Below, piece after piece: positions 20,962 through 31,405 of a DNA stretch of 64,000 nucleotides. The notes under the pieces were generated by a model. The model worked only from the letters and a program-made list of their open reading frames with translations. It ran no database searches and had not been told where the DNA came from. The position numbers and the translations under genes are program-made. Each line of letters opens with the position of its first letter. The first letter of the stretch is position 1. This stretch comes from Thermodesulfobacteriota bacterium (GTDB lineage Bacteria > Desulfobacterota_D > UBA1144 > Nemesobacterales > JAJCZQ01): assembly GCA_965203965.1 (NCBI GenBank), contig CBDBDR010000017.1, positions 800,001 through 864,000 on the forward strand. The letters run 5' to 3'.

Positions 20962-22445
20962 TGAAAGTAATTGAGATTGTTGAAAACATCAACTACTCCA
21001 GCATGGTCGGCAACCCGCAAAATGAAGTGACGGGTATAACTTCAAATTCAAAAGAGGTGCAAAAGGGGTATATGTTTTGTGCAATCAAGGGCAATAACTT
21101 TGATGGTCACATATTCATTGATTCTGCAATTCAAAAAGGGGTGTCTGCAATACTTTTGGAAGACATCCCCTTTGAAATACCAGAGAGTGTTACTTATGTA
21201 AAGGTGAAAAGTACGAGGGAATACACTCCCTTTATAGCTTCAAACTACTACTTTAACCCTTCTAAAGGAATAACACTGGTAGGTGTTACCGGAACAAATG
21301 GAAAAACTACTGTTACAAATATAGTGGATGCTATTTGGAAAAATGAAGGCAGAAAGACGGGTATTACTGGAACTATTGAAAACAGGTATGCCGGTAAAAG
21401 AATAAGTTCGGTTATGACAACCCCCGACTCAATTGATCTTGCCAAACTGTTATCCGATATGAGACAAAGCAATGTGGACGCGGTGTGTATGGAAGTATCG
21501 TCACACGCCATGGATATGAACAGAGTTGACGGATGTAATTTTGATTGTGCAGCATTTACAAATCTGTCCCCGGATCACCTTGATTACCATGCTTCAATAG
21601 ATAACTATTTTAACGCAAAAAAAAAACTCTTTACCAAAACGTTAAAAAATAGTGTCAAGAAAAATAAATTTGCAGTGATCAATGCCGATGACCACTACGG
21701 CAAATTGATACTTGGAGAAACAGGAGAGCAGAAGGTGGTTACTTATTCATTGCTGTCAGATGATGCAGATGTGCATGCCTCAAGACATGAAATAACACCA
21801 AAGGGCATAGGCGCAGACCTGATAGTTTACGGGAAAAAGCTGGAAATAAAATCGAACTTAATAGGTGTCCACAATCTCTACAACATACTTGCCGCAACGG
21901 CTATAACTTCTGGTCTTGGCGCTTCACTATCCTGCATTAAATCTGCAATATCCAGCAACATAACAATCCAAGGCAGACTTGAAAAAATTGTAAACAACGC
22001 CGGTTTTGAAGTCATTGTGGACTACGCTCATACACCTGACGCACTTAAAAACACTCTGATCACACTGACTACACTGAAAAAAAGCAAGATTATCACAGTT
22101 GTTGGATGTGGTGGAGACAGAGATAAGACTAAAAGACCTCAGATGGGTAAAATAGCAGGGCAGTTCTCCGACTATGTGATCCTTACCTCTGACAACCCAA
22201 GATCAGAAGACCCTGAGAAAATAATTAGCGAAATTGAAAATGGAATTAAAAATTTATCTTGCCACAGGAATAACTACACAAAAATCGTGGACAGAGAAAA
22301 AGCCATAAAAAAATCAATAGAACTTGCAGGAAAAGATGACATTGTGCTAATAGCCGGCAAGGGACATGAAAACTACCAAATCATAGGGAACAAAAGACTT
22401 GACTTTGACGATAAGGAAGTCGCCAGAAAATTTTTAGAGAATTAA
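20961..22445 (+). CDS. murE: UDP-MurNAc-tripeptide synthetase (meso-DAP type)
   Basis: GVTGTNGKTT, MEVSSH, DYAHTPDA, DNPR motif, AGKGHE. Confidence 0.95.
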   Translation: MKVIEIVENINYSSMVGNPQNEVTGITSNSKEVQKGYMFCAIKGNNFDGHIFIDSAIQKGVSAILLEDIPFEIPESVTYVKVKSTREYTPFIASNYYFNPSKGITLVGVTGTNGKTTVTNIVDAIWKNEGRKTGITGTIENRYAGKRISSVMTTPDSIDLAKLLSDMRQSNVDAVCMEVSSHAMDMNRVDGCNFDCAAFTNLSPDHLDYHASIDNYFNAKKKLFTKTLKNSVKKNKFAVINADDHYGKLILGETGEQKVVTYSLLSDDADVHASRHEITPKGIGADLIVYGKKLEIKSNLIGVHNLYNILAATAITSGLGASLSCIKSAISSNITIQGRLEKIVNNAGFEVIVDYAHTPDALKNTLITLTTLKKSKIITVVGCGGDRDKTKRPQMGKIAGQFSDYVILTSDNPRSEDPEKIISEIENGIKNLSCHRNNYTKIVDREKAIKKSIELAGKDDIVLIAGKGHENYQIIGNKRLDFDDKEVARKFLEN

Positions 22446-22452
22446 ACAGAAA

Positions 22453-23823
22453 ATGTTTGAACAAAAATTTATTACAGAATCAACGGGCTGCAGAGTAATG
22501 GTAGGCAAGCAAGACAAATGCTTCAAAAATATATCTATTGACAGTAGAAGAACGTTTGCAGGCGATCTTTTTATTGCTATAAAAGGAGAGCATTTTGACG
22601 GACATGATTTCGTCAACGAAGCTCTTGAAAAAGGGGCAGAAGGTGTAATTGTGGAACATATTCCCAAACACCTTAATATTAAAGGTGAACAGTCCGTAAT
22701 GAGGGTTAATTCCACTGTTGAAGCACTGGGTAAAGTCGCAAGCGCTTGGAGAAATCGTTTCAAAGATCTGAAAGTTGTCTGCATCACTGGTACAAGTGGT
22801 AAAACAACAACTAAAGAAATAACTGCTGGTATTCTGTCAGTGAAAAACAAAGTGTTAAAAACCCCGGGTAATTTCAACAATAATCTGGGACTGCCACTGA
22901 CGCTGCTCAAATTAAATAACAACCACCATGTCTGTGTTGCCGAGATCGGAATGAATGACTTTGGCGAGATTAGGAGTCTGACTGAAATAGCAGAACCGGA
23001 CATTGGTGCAATAACAAACATCGGCAGAGGACATCTAGAAAAAATGCTGACCATTGAAGGTGTGGCAAAAGCAAAGGGAGAATTGGTTGAAAAATTTAAT
23101 AGAAACAATGTCTTTATTGTAAATTTGGATGATCCTTACATCAGCAAGATCGCAGACGGATTAAACTGCCCTCAAATAAGCTATAGCCTAAAAAATAAAA
23201 ATGCCGACATACATGCCGAAAATACAAAATGCAACGGAATTGAATCCATCAGCTTCAATCTGGTTATAAAAGGTGTATTTGCGTCTACAAGAATAAAGGG
23301 TATTGGCACGCACAATGTTATGAACGCTCTCTGTGCTTCCGGCATAGCATATTCCCTCGGATACCCCGCGGATGATATAGCCGAAGGTATTCTTAGGTAT
23401 AAGCCCATGAGCATGAGGATGGAGGTAATAGAGACATCTTACGGGTTTAAAGTCATTAATGATTCGTACAACGCCAATCCCAATTCACTGGCAAGTGCCC
23501 TTACGGAACTATCAAAGTTGAAAAATGACAACAAGTTGATAGCAGTGCTTGGCGACATGCTTGAGCTTGGAAAAAACAGCAGTGAAGAACATAGAAAAAT
23601 TGGTAGATACATGAAAAAGCTAAATATAGATTTAGTTATAACCTATGGCGAGCAATCAAGATTTATAAATAAAGAGATTGAAGATGAAATAGAGACCTTG
23701 CATGTCAAAACACATGAGGAGGCTGCCATGTATCTCATGGAAAAAGCAAAAGACAAGGATTTTGTATTGCTGAAAGGCTCAAGGGGTATGCAGATGGAAA
23801 ATACAATGAGGTTTTTATATTAA
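22453..23823 (+). CDS. murF: UDP-MurNAc-pentapeptide synthetase
   Basis: DSR, ITGTSGKTTTKE, NFNNNLGLP, DSYNANP, GDMLELG, KGSRGM. Confidence 0.95.
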   Translation: MFEQKFITESTGCRVMVGKQDKCFKNISIDSRRTFAGDLFIAIKGEHFDGHDFVNEALEKGAEGVIVEHIPKHLNIKGEQSVMRVNSTVEALGKVASAWRNRFKDLKVVCITGTSGKTTTKEITAGILSVKNKVLKTPGNFNNNLGLPLTLLKLNNNHHVCVAEIGMNDFGEIRSLTEIAEPDIGAITNIGRGHLEKMLTIEGVAKAKGELVEKFNRNNVFIVNLDDPYISKIADGLNCPQISYSLKNKNADIHAENTKCNGIESISFNLVIKGVFASTRIKGIGTHNVMNALCASGIAYSLGYPADDIAEGILRYKPMSMRMEVIETSYGFKVINDSYNANPNSLASALTELSKLKNDNKLIAVLGDMLELGKNSSEEHRKIGRYMKKLNIDLVITYGEQSRFINKEIEDEIETLHVKTHEEAAMYLMEKAKDKDFVLLKGSRGMQMENTMRFLY

Positions 23824-23826
23824 ACT

Positions 23827-24939
23827 ATGCTCTATTTTCTATTTTATTTAAAAGACCACTTTATTCTATTTAATGTATTCAAATATATCACTTTCCGCTC
23901 ATTTGGAGCGGGAATTACTGCGTTTTTAATTTGCATATTTCTTGGTCAGAAATTCATAGATTTCCTGAAGAAAAAACAGTTCAAGGAAAATATAAGGAAA
24001 GATGGTCCATCTTCACATCTATCCAAGGCGGGTACTCCCACAATGGGTGGCACGTTCATCGTTTTTGCCGTTGTAATTTCAACAATTCTGTGGATAAACA
24101 TAAGTAATATGATAGTGATTTTGGCACTTCTTTGTATGATCAGTTTCTCACTTATTGGCTTGTTTGATGACTGGTTAAAGCTTACAAGGAGCAATGGAAT
24201 GCGCGCAAAGGTTAAATTTTTACTGCAGATGGTGGCCGGTTCCATCTTAATTATTCTTTTGCTCGCAGTGCAAAAAGATGGTTTTACAATGTCTTCCGGA
24301 GGTTATGAAAGCACCGTTTATCATTATAACTCGGTCGTATTACCTTTTCTTAAAAAAGCCGTTATAAATCTCGGGATTTTGTATATTCCATTTGCTCTTT
24401 TTGTGGTGGTTTCGTCCTCAAATGCCGTTAATCTCACTGATGGACTTGACGGTTTGGCAATAGGTGCAACTGCAGTTGCAACCTCAACCTATATTATTAT
24501 TTGCTACATTTCAGGTAACTCCGAATTTGCAAACTACCTGCAGATACCATACATACCGGGGGGAGGTGAATTAGCAATTTTCTTGTCTGCAATGGGCGGG
24601 GCGTGTCTGGGATTTCTCTGGTATAACTCTTACCCTGCGCAGGTTTTCATGGGTGACGTGGGCTCCTTGTCTCTGGGTGCATCGATCGGTTTTTCTGCAA
24701 TTATAATCAAGCAGGAATTGCTTTTAATAATCATCGGCGGACTTTTTCTAATTGAAGCGATATCTGTAATCCTTCAAGTAGCATCGTTCAAATTAACAGG
24801 GAAGAGAATTTTTAAAATGGCTCCCCTACATCATCACTTCGAGTTAAACGGGTGGCCCGAATCAAAAGTGGTAATAAGATTCTGGATAATGTCAATAGTG
24901 CTGTCTATTATGGCGCTTGCAACATTAAAGTTGAGATAA
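23827..24939 (+). CDS. mraY: Phospho-N-acetylmuramoyl-pentapeptide transferase
   Basis: GTPTMGG, NAVNLTDGLDGL, VFMGDVGS, MAPLHHHFE. Confidence 0.96.
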   Translation: MLYFLFYLKDHFILFNVFKYITFRSFGAGITAFLICIFLGQKFIDFLKKKQFKENIRKDGPSSHLSKAGTPTMGGTFIVFAVVISTILWINISNMIVILALLCMISFSLIGLFDDWLKLTRSNGMRAKVKFLLQMVAGSILIILLLAVQKDGFTMSSGGYESTVYHYNSVVLPFLKKAVINLGILYIPFALFVVVSSSNAVNLTDGLDGLAIGATAVATSTYIIICYISGNSEFANYLQIPYIPGGGELAIFLSAMGGACLGFLWYNSYPAQVFMGDVGSLSLGASIGFSAIIIKQELLLIIIGGLFLIEAISVILQVASFKLTGKRIFKMAPLHHHFELNGWPESKVVIRFWIMSIVLSIMALATLKLR

Positions 24940-24941
24940 AA

Positions 24942-26267
24942 ATGGACAAAACCTCAAAAAAATACCTTGTTGTCGGATTGGGAAAAACTGGGATTGAAAC
25001 CATAAAATTCCTTAAAAACAGAGATATAAATGTAAGAGGTTGTGATATATCCTCCACGGATAAACTGCCGATTGAAGTGAAAGATTTGTCTGGAGCCGGA
25101 GTCCAAATTGAGTTTGGATGTCATTCAGACAATTATCTGAATTGGTGTGATGAGGTAATAATCAGCCCCGGAGTCAGCTTAAACACCCCCTTTATATTAA
25201 AAGCAGTCCAATTAAACAAGAGAGTGGTCAGTGAAATAGAACTTGCATACCAATTCATAGAAAAACCCATTATTGCAATTACGGGTACAAATGGAAAAAC
25301 CACTACAACAAGTTTAATAGGTGAGATTCTTTCCCGTTCCGGCTACAAGGTTTTTGTCGGTGGAAATATAGGAACACCGATCATCTCAGTTGCAGACTAC
25401 TGCTCGGACTATGACTTCATTATACTGGAGGCAAGCAGTTTCCAACTGCAAGCAATTGACAGATTCAGACCTTACATCTCCATATTCCTCAATCTATCCC
25501 CTAATCACTTGGATCACCATAAAGATTTTAATGAATATTTCATGGCGAAGATGAATATCTTTAAAAACCAGACCGAAAATGACTGGGCAATCATCAGCAC
25601 GGACAATGAATTAATTAAAGACAATCTTTCAGACATTAAGGCTAAAAAAATTTTTTTTGGAAACAAGAGCAGAGAATTATTCATCGTTGGTAACGATATT
25701 GTCTCATTCAGAAATGATAAATTTGACTTGAGCGGTTTGATGCTCAAGGGATTGCATAATCTGCAGAATGCAACGTATGCAATAGCCGCTGCAAAGCTAA
25801 TAGGATGCGATAATAATACAATTGAAGACACAGTTAAGAAATTCAAACCCCTCCCCCACAGGATTGAATACATAGGTAATCATCACGGGCTTGAGGTCTA
25901 TAACGATTCAAAATCCACAAGTCCCGATGCAGCGGCGAAGGCCATTGAGAGCGTTTCATCACCCGTAATACTTCTTGCAGGTGGCAAGGACAAGAGAATA
26001 GACTATTCAGTTATGCAAGGGGCTTTAGATAACAAAGTAAAGCATTTAATACTTTTCGGTGAAGCAAAGACAAGGATGCAAGAACAGTTTGGAGAGTCTG
26101 TCCGTACAACGATAGTGAACAATTTAGACGAAGCAGTTAAAACAGCCTTTTCTATCTCCGTTGACAACGACACGCTGCTTTTCTCTCCAGCATGTTCCAG
26201 TTTTGATATGTTTAATTCGTATGAAGAAAGAGGAGAGGAGTTTAAGAAAATTGTTAAGAACACATAG
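24942..26267 (+). CDS. murD: UDP-MurNAc-L-Ala:D-Glu ligase
   Basis: GLGKTG, SPG, ITGTNGKTTT, GGNIG, NDSKST, SPACSSFDMF; ATG 24942 follows the mraY stop. Confidence 0.94.
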   Translation: MDKTSKKYLVVGLGKTGIETIKFLKNRDINVRGCDISSTDKLPIEVKDLSGAGVQIEFGCHSDNYLNWCDEVIISPGVSLNTPFILKAVQLNKRVVSEIELAYQFIEKPIIAITGTNGKTTTTSLIGEILSRSGYKVFVGGNIGTPIISVADYCSDYDFIILEASSFQLQAIDRFRPYISIFLNLSPNHLDHHKDFNEYFMAKMNIFKNQTENDWAIISTDNELIKDNLSDIKAKKIFFGNKSRELFIVGNDIVSFRNDKFDLSGLMLKGLHNLQNATYAIAAAKLIGCDNNTIEDTVKKFKPLPHRIEYIGNHHGLEVYNDSKSTSPDAAAKAIESVSSPVILLAGGKDKRIDYSVMQGALDNKVKHLILFGEAKTRMQEQFGESVRTTIVNNLDEAVKTAFSISVDNDTLLFSPACSSFDMFNSYEERGEEFKKIVKNT

Positions 26268-27363
26268 CACCATCAAAAATAAATACGATTTTCCACTGCT
26301 TTTATCGGTAATTTTTATATCATTCTTCGGTTTATTGATGGTTTACAGCACAAGTTCCATTTATGCACTCGGAGTTCACAATGACTCTCTAAAATTTTTG
26401 AAACTTCACTTGATCTACCTCACATTGGGACTTTCTTCAATGTTTGTTTTTATGCACTTGGATTACAGGGTCTTGAGAAAATTTGTTTACCCCGCTTACA
26501 TAATATGCTTGATACTGCTTATAGCGGTACTCATTCCCGGTGTAGGAAAAAAAGTTGGAGGAGCTCAAAGGTGGCTGGATCTGGGGCCGGTAGCTTTTCA
26601 ACCTGCTGAACTCGCTAAGTTTGTCATAATCCTTTACCTTGCCTATTCACTTGATAAAAAAAGTAACAGGATAGACAGTTTTTCCGTTGGATTTTTATCT
26701 CATCTAATCACAGCAGGAATATTTATCGTGCTGATCTTTGTAGAGCCAGACTTTGGTACCTCCGCAACCATAGCCATACTTTGTATCTTCATGATGTTTA
26801 TCGGCAATGCAAAGATTAAACATATTTTAATCATGTCCGCCACTGTAGCAGTCTTTACATTTTTTGCTGTATCAACAAAAGGCTACAGAATGAATAGGCT
26901 TCTTTCATTTCTTGCTCCTTGGGAAGATCCTTTCGGAAAAGGATATCAAACGATTCAGTCTTTTATCTCTCTCGCATCGGGAGAAATTTTGGGGACTGGT
27001 TTGGGTAATAGCTCTCAGAAGTTGTTTTTCCTACCCCATGCTCACACAGATTTTATATTTTCAATAATAGGAGAAGAGCTTGGATTTATAGGCATAGCTT
27101 GCTTGATTTTGGCTTTTTTATTCATTTTATGGAGGAGCATAAGAATTGCTATAAAATCCCCAGATAAGTTCGGCTGCTACCTTGTATGCGGTTTTGCCTT
27201 ACTTATTGCAATTCAGGCTTCAATAAATATGTCCGTGTCTGTTGGCTTACTCCCGACAAAGGGAACAACTTTACCATTTATAAGTTATGGAGGCAGTTCA
27301 CTTGTTTGTTGTTTAAGCGCAATGGGAATAATACTTAATGTATCTAGGTCTAAAGTAAAATGA
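26251..27363 (+). CDS. ftsW: SEDS peptidoglycan polymerase FtsW
   Basis: GAQRW, FQPAELAK, EPDFGT, HTDFIFSIIGEELG, LPFISYGGSS; start uncertain (TTG 26251). Confidence 0.92.
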   Translation: MLRTHSTIKNKYDFPLLLSVIFISFFGLLMVYSTSSIYALGVHNDSLKFLKLHLIYLTLGLSSMFVFMHLDYRVLRKFVYPAYIICLILLIAVLIPGVGKKVGGAQRWLDLGPVAFQPAELAKFVIILYLAYSLDKKSNRIDSFSVGFLSHLITAGIFIVLIFVEPDFGTSATIAILCIFMMFIGNAKIKHILIMSATVAVFTFFAVSTKGYRMNRLLSFLAPWEDPFGKGYQTIQSFISLASGEILGTGLGNSSQKLFFLPHAHTDFIFSIIGEELGFIGIACLILAFLFILWRSIRIAIKSPDKFGCYLVCGFALLIAIQASINMSVSVGLLPTKGTTLPFISYGGSSLVCCLSAMGIILNVSRSKVK

Positions 27364-28448
27364 GAATAATAATTGCAGGTGGAGGAACTGGGGGACATAT
27401 ATTTCCCGCACTCGCAATAGCGGAAGGTATTAAAAGCAGGTCTGCAAAAAATGAAATACTTTTTGTAGGAACAAAAAACGGTTTGGAAAATGAAATAATA
27501 CCAGCAATGGGGTTTAACATGCAGTTCATAAATTCAGCAGGATTTGTTGGCAAGGACATGGTAAACAAGATCAAAGCAATTATCACTGCATTGGAAGGCA
27601 TTTTGTTATCATTGAAGATTATAAGAACATTCGAGCCGGATGTGGTTTTAGGAGTCGGAGGATATGCTTCAGGTCCAACCGTGCTTTGTGCACGTTTGAA
27701 GTCCATTCCAACTGCTATATGCGAACAGAACACTGTGCCGGGAATGACAAATCGTATTTTATCTAGATTTTCAAACAAAATATTTTTAACTTTTCCCGAT
27801 AGCGCCAAATACTTCACTAGTGAGAAAACTATTGTCACGGGAAACCCACTGAGATCCAATTTCAAAAGGCAAAACAGCTACGAAACTGGAAAAGACAGAA
27901 GAAAAGTAATATTTGTTATGGGTGGCAGTCAAGGTGCTGGTAGTCTTAATAGGATTACTCCACCGGCACTATCAAAGGTTGATATAACCAAACTGGAAAT
28001 ATTTCATCAAACAGGAAAAAAGGATGAAGAATCAGTTAAAAAAGCCTATAAAGAACTCAGTCTGGATTCAAATGTCTTTAGCTTTAGAAGCGATATCATG
28101 GAAATTTATAAAAAAAGCGACTTGATAATTTCAAGATCCGGTGCAGGAACAATATCAGAGATCACTGCAATGGGCAAAGCATCCATACTTATTCCTTTCC
28201 CTCATGCGGCTCACAATCATCAGTTGCTTAATGCGAAATCTATGGAGAATGCAGGTGCGTCCATAATTATTGAGGAAGATTCACTTGACGAAATCAATCT
28301 ATCAGATCAGATAAACTATATTTTCAAAAGTGGTAAACTGCAAAGTATGTCGGAGGCATCTTTGAAACTGGCAAAACCTGAAGCTACAAACATTATAGTT
28401 GAAGAACTATATTCTCTGGCAGGCGAACGTAATGTACGGAAAGATTAA
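27360..28448 (+). CDS. murG: Undecaprenyl-PP-MurNAc-pentapeptide GlcNAc transferase
   Basis: GGGTGGHIFP, GGYAS, EQN, GNP, GGSQGA, HQLLNA. Confidence 0.96.
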   Translation: MRIIIAGGGTGGHIFPALAIAEGIKSRSAKNEILFVGTKNGLENEIIPAMGFNMQFINSAGFVGKDMVNKIKAIITALEGILLSLKIIRTFEPDVVLGVGGYASGPTVLCARLKSIPTAICEQNTVPGMTNRILSRFSNKIFLTFPDSAKYFTSEKTIVTGNPLRSNFKRQNSYETGKDRRKVIFVMGGSQGAGSLNRITPPALSKVDITKLEIFHQTGKKDEESVKKAYKELSLDSNVFSFRSDIMEIYKKSDLIISRSGAGTISEITAMGKASILIPFPHAAHNHQLLNAKSMENAGASIIIEEDSLDEINLSDQINYIFKSGKLQSMSEASLKLAKPEATNIIVEELYSLAGERNVRKD

Positions 28449-29799
28449 AAAAATACATTTTGTGGGAATTGGTGGAATTGGAATGAGTGGTATAGCTGAA
28501 GTGCTCAGCAACATGGGATATGAGATTTCAGGATCAGATCTGAGCGAATCAGTCACAACAAAAAGACTTGAAAGCCTTGGCATCAAGGTAAGCATAGGTC
28601 ACTCACCCGAGAACATACTCAAGAGCGACGTCGTAGTAAGATCATCTGCCGTCAAGGACGATAATGAAGAGATTTTATCAGCCCATGACAATGACATTCC
28701 TGTGATACAAAGAGCTGAAATGCTTGCCGAGATCATGAGGTTAAAATACGGGATCACTATCATGGGAAGTCATGGAAAAACAACAACAACATCGCTTGTA
28801 TCAACCGTTCTGAGGCAGGGGAAATTTGATCCAACCATCGTTGTCGGCGGAAGAATAAAAACACTTGGATCAAATGCTCACCTGGGAAAAAGTAACTTTA
28901 TGGTAATTGAAGCCGATGAAAGCGATGGCTCGTTTCAAAAGCTCTCTCCCATCATCACGGTTCTTACCAACATTGACGATGAACACCTTGATTACTATGA
29001 AAATATAGATAATTTAGTCGTCGCCTTTTCTAATTTTATAGAAAAAATACCTTTTTACGGAATTGCAGTACTTTGCACAGACTGCCCGCGGGTCAAACAT
29101 CTTGCTTCAAAATACAATAAAAGATTTATTACCTACGGCTTGGGAAAAGAGGCGGATATTCATCCGGATAATATAAAAACTCATGGCTTCCATACTAAAT
29201 TTAACGTCTTTTATAAAGGCAGCAATATGGGAGCGGTGGAGCTTAATGTTCCGGGCAAACACAACGCCCTAAACTCACTGGCAGCAATCGCCATCGGCTT
29301 CGAATTTGGAATGAGCTTTGAAAACATTGTAGATGGCTTGAATAACTTTGAAGGAATAGACAGAAGGATGCAACTCAAGGGAATAGTAAATGATGTATTA
29401 ATAATTGATGATTATGGTCATCATCCAGTTGAAATAAAGGCAACAGTTGAATCAATTGAGGATTCCTTTTCAAAAAAGCCGGTGGTCATATTTCAGCCCC
29501 ATCGTTTTACGCGAACAAATATGCTCTTTAAGAAATTTGTCAATGTTCTGGGCACAATTGAAAACCTTTATGTTCTTGACATATACCCAGCAGGGGAAAA
29601 ACCCATAAACAGTATTACGTCGGAAAAATTAGTAGATGAAATAGTAAAGTCAGGAAATAACAGCGCCCAGTATATAAGAGACAAAAAAGAACTGCTTGAA
29701 AAAGTAAAAAACAGCGTTGTCCCCGGAGATATAATACTGACTTCCGGCGCAGGCAATGTATGGATGCATGGAGAGGAACTATTAAAAGCACTACAATGA
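28432..29799 (+). CDS. murC: UDP-MurNAc-L-alanine ligase
   Basis: HFVGIGGIGMSGIA, GSHGKTTTT, EADESD, DDYGHHPVE, FQPHR; ATG 28432. Confidence 0.95.
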   Translation: MYGKIKKIHFVGIGGIGMSGIAEVLSNMGYEISGSDLSESVTTKRLESLGIKVSIGHSPENILKSDVVVRSSAVKDDNEEILSAHDNDIPVIQRAEMLAEIMRLKYGITIMGSHGKTTTTSLVSTVLRQGKFDPTIVVGGRIKTLGSNAHLGKSNFMVIEADESDGSFQKLSPIITVLTNIDDEHLDYYENIDNLVVAFSNFIEKIPFYGIAVLCTDCPRVKHLASKYNKRFITYGLGKEADIHPDNIKTHGFHTKFNVFYKGSNMGAVELNVPGKHNALNSLAAIAIGFEFGMSFENIVDGLNNFEGIDRRMQLKGIVNDVLIIDDYGHHPVEIKATVESIEDSFSKKPVVIFQPHRFTRTNMLFKKFVNVLGTIENLYVLDIYPAGEKPINSITSEKLVDEIVKSGNNSAQYIRDKKELLEKVKNSVVPGDIILTSGAGNVWMHGEELLKALQ

Positions 29800-30692
29800 A
29801 CAATTTGTTGGAACAGGTAGAAAAATACAGTTGTGAAATTCAAAAAGAGTTTCCAATGAAGAAATACGTTACTCTGAAAGTTGGAGGCAGGGCTGAAGTT
29901 GTTGTTTACCCGGACAGTGTGGAAAATCTCATAAATATTCTAAACGCCGCTAATCTATCAGGTGTTAAAACCACCGTACTGGGCGCCGGTTCAAATACCA
30001 TAGTTAAAGACGACGGCATCAGGAATTTGGTAATAAGTACAAAAAGATTAAAAAATTTCACTATCAACAATGACAATTCCGTTCTGGCAGAATGCGGGGC
30101 AATGTTATCAGCTATTATGAATAAAACCCTTAACTTGGGACTTGAAGGTTTTGAATTCGCAGCAGGGATACCGGGAACAATTGGCGGGGGAGTTTATATG
30201 AACGCCGGGGCAAACAGCGGAGAGATAAAAGATATTATTGATAAAGTATGGATATGGAACAAAGGGAAAGAACTTGAGGTTAAAAGGGAAGAAATAGCCT
30301 TTGAATACAGGAAATCTGATTTTCCAAAGGGATGTGTAATTACAAGAGCACTGTTCAAATTGAAAAAAGGAAATAGAGAAAAAAACATGCAGAAGGTCAA
30401 AGAGTATCTTAACCGTAGAAACCATACGCAGCCCGTCAACATTGCAAACACTGGGTCAATATTCAAAAACCCAAAGATTATTACTGCCGGAAAGCTACTG
30501 GAAGAACTCGGACTTAAAGGTTACCGGATCGGAGGAGCAAAATTTTCGGAACTTCATGCGAATTTTATTGTTAATTCGGACAAGGCAGATGCAAGTGATG
30601 TCATTAATTTAATTCAATATGCAAAAGAGAAAGCCATTGAGAAAGAAGGTATTTTACTAGAAACGGAAGTAGAAATTTTAGGGGATTTATAG
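29796..30692 (+). CDS. murB: UDP-N-acetylenolpyruvoylglucosamine reductase
   Basis: KVGG, GAGSN, GIPGTIGG..MNAGA, GSIFKNP, HANFIVN, LETEV. Confidence 0.95.
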   Translation: MNNLLEQVEKYSCEIQKEFPMKKYVTLKVGGRAEVVVYPDSVENLINILNAANLSGVKTTVLGAGSNTIVKDDGIRNLVISTKRLKNFTINNDNSVLAECGAMLSAIMNKTLNLGLEGFEFAAGIPGTIGGGVYMNAGANSGEIKDIIDKVWIWNKGKELEVKREEIAFEYRKSDFPKGCVITRALFKLKKGNREKNMQKVKEYLNRRNHTQPVNIANTGSIFKNPKIITAGKLLEELGLKGYRIGGAKFSELHANFIVNSDKADASDVINLIQYAKEKAIEKEGILLETEVEILGDL

Positions 30693-30695
30693 AGA

Positions 30696-31403
30696 ATGAA
30701 AAGCAAAAAGATCATAAAAATATTCATATTGGTCAGCACGGCAACCTCATTGATATTTTTCTGTGTAAAAGCACTTAATTCCAGTTATTTTAAGGTTGAG
30801 GAGGTAATTATAAACGGGAACAATCGAGTTTCTGAAAATGAAATATTAAAACGTTCAGGGATTATAGAAGGAACAAGCACAATACTATTCTATGAAGATG
30901 CTGCCAGAAAAGAGATATTAAAAAGCCCTTGGATAAAGAGTGTCAATATTCTCAGGGAATACCCAGAAAAAGTTGTAATTGAAGTTGAAGAAATTGAGCC
31001 GTTTTGCATTTTTACATCCGAGCAAGGCAAATACCTTTATATGAGCAGCGACGGAAACATGCTCGGACCAGTTAGCAGCACCGAAGGTATGGATTTTCCC
31101 GTTATCAATTCGGAGGGAAGTTATAACAGTGCACTACTACTTGTTTCTACTGAACTTTTGAAGCTATCCAAACATAGTAATGTACTAAACTGGGGAGAAA
31201 TATCAGAGATTATAGTTTCAAACAAATTAGGTATAAGGCTAATCACAAACGACCGGAGATATATAGATTTTGGCACGGGAAGTCTTGTAATTAAATGGCA
31301 CAGAATGGAAAGAATTATAAGTAAGACAAGAAGCATAAATCTCAAGGAGAGATACATAAATATAAATTCCAAAAAATTAGCAGTCGTTGATTTTCAAATT
31401 TGA
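30696..31403 (+). CDS. ftsQ: Cell division protein FtsQ/DivIB
   Basis: TM plus POTRA domain (FKVEEVIINGN...PWIKSVNILREYP); directly before ftsA. Confidence 0.82.
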   Translation: MKSKKIIKIFILVSTATSLIFFCVKALNSSYFKVEEVIINGNNRVSENEILKRSGIIEGTSTILFYEDAARKEILKSPWIKSVNILREYPEKVVIEVEEIEPFCIFTSEQGKYLYMSSDGNMLGPVSSTEGMDFPVINSEGSYNSALLLVSTELLKLSKHSNVLNWGEISEIIVSNKLGIRLITNDRRYIDFGTGSLVIKWHRMERIISKTRSINLKERYININSKKLAVVDFQI

Positions 31404-31405
31404 AC

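Noticed and set aside
22434..23108. 224-aa minus-strand ORF, and similar antisense ORFs such as 32643-33209, 36565-37104, 48763-49278 and 50235-50684
   Set aside because: Shadow frames lying opposite well-supported genes, with no recognisable motifs.
24852..29795. Long N-terminal overlaps implied by the ORF track for murD, ftsW, murC and murB
   Set aside because: Downstream start codons (24942, 26251, 28432, 29796) give typical protein starts and normal short overlaps.
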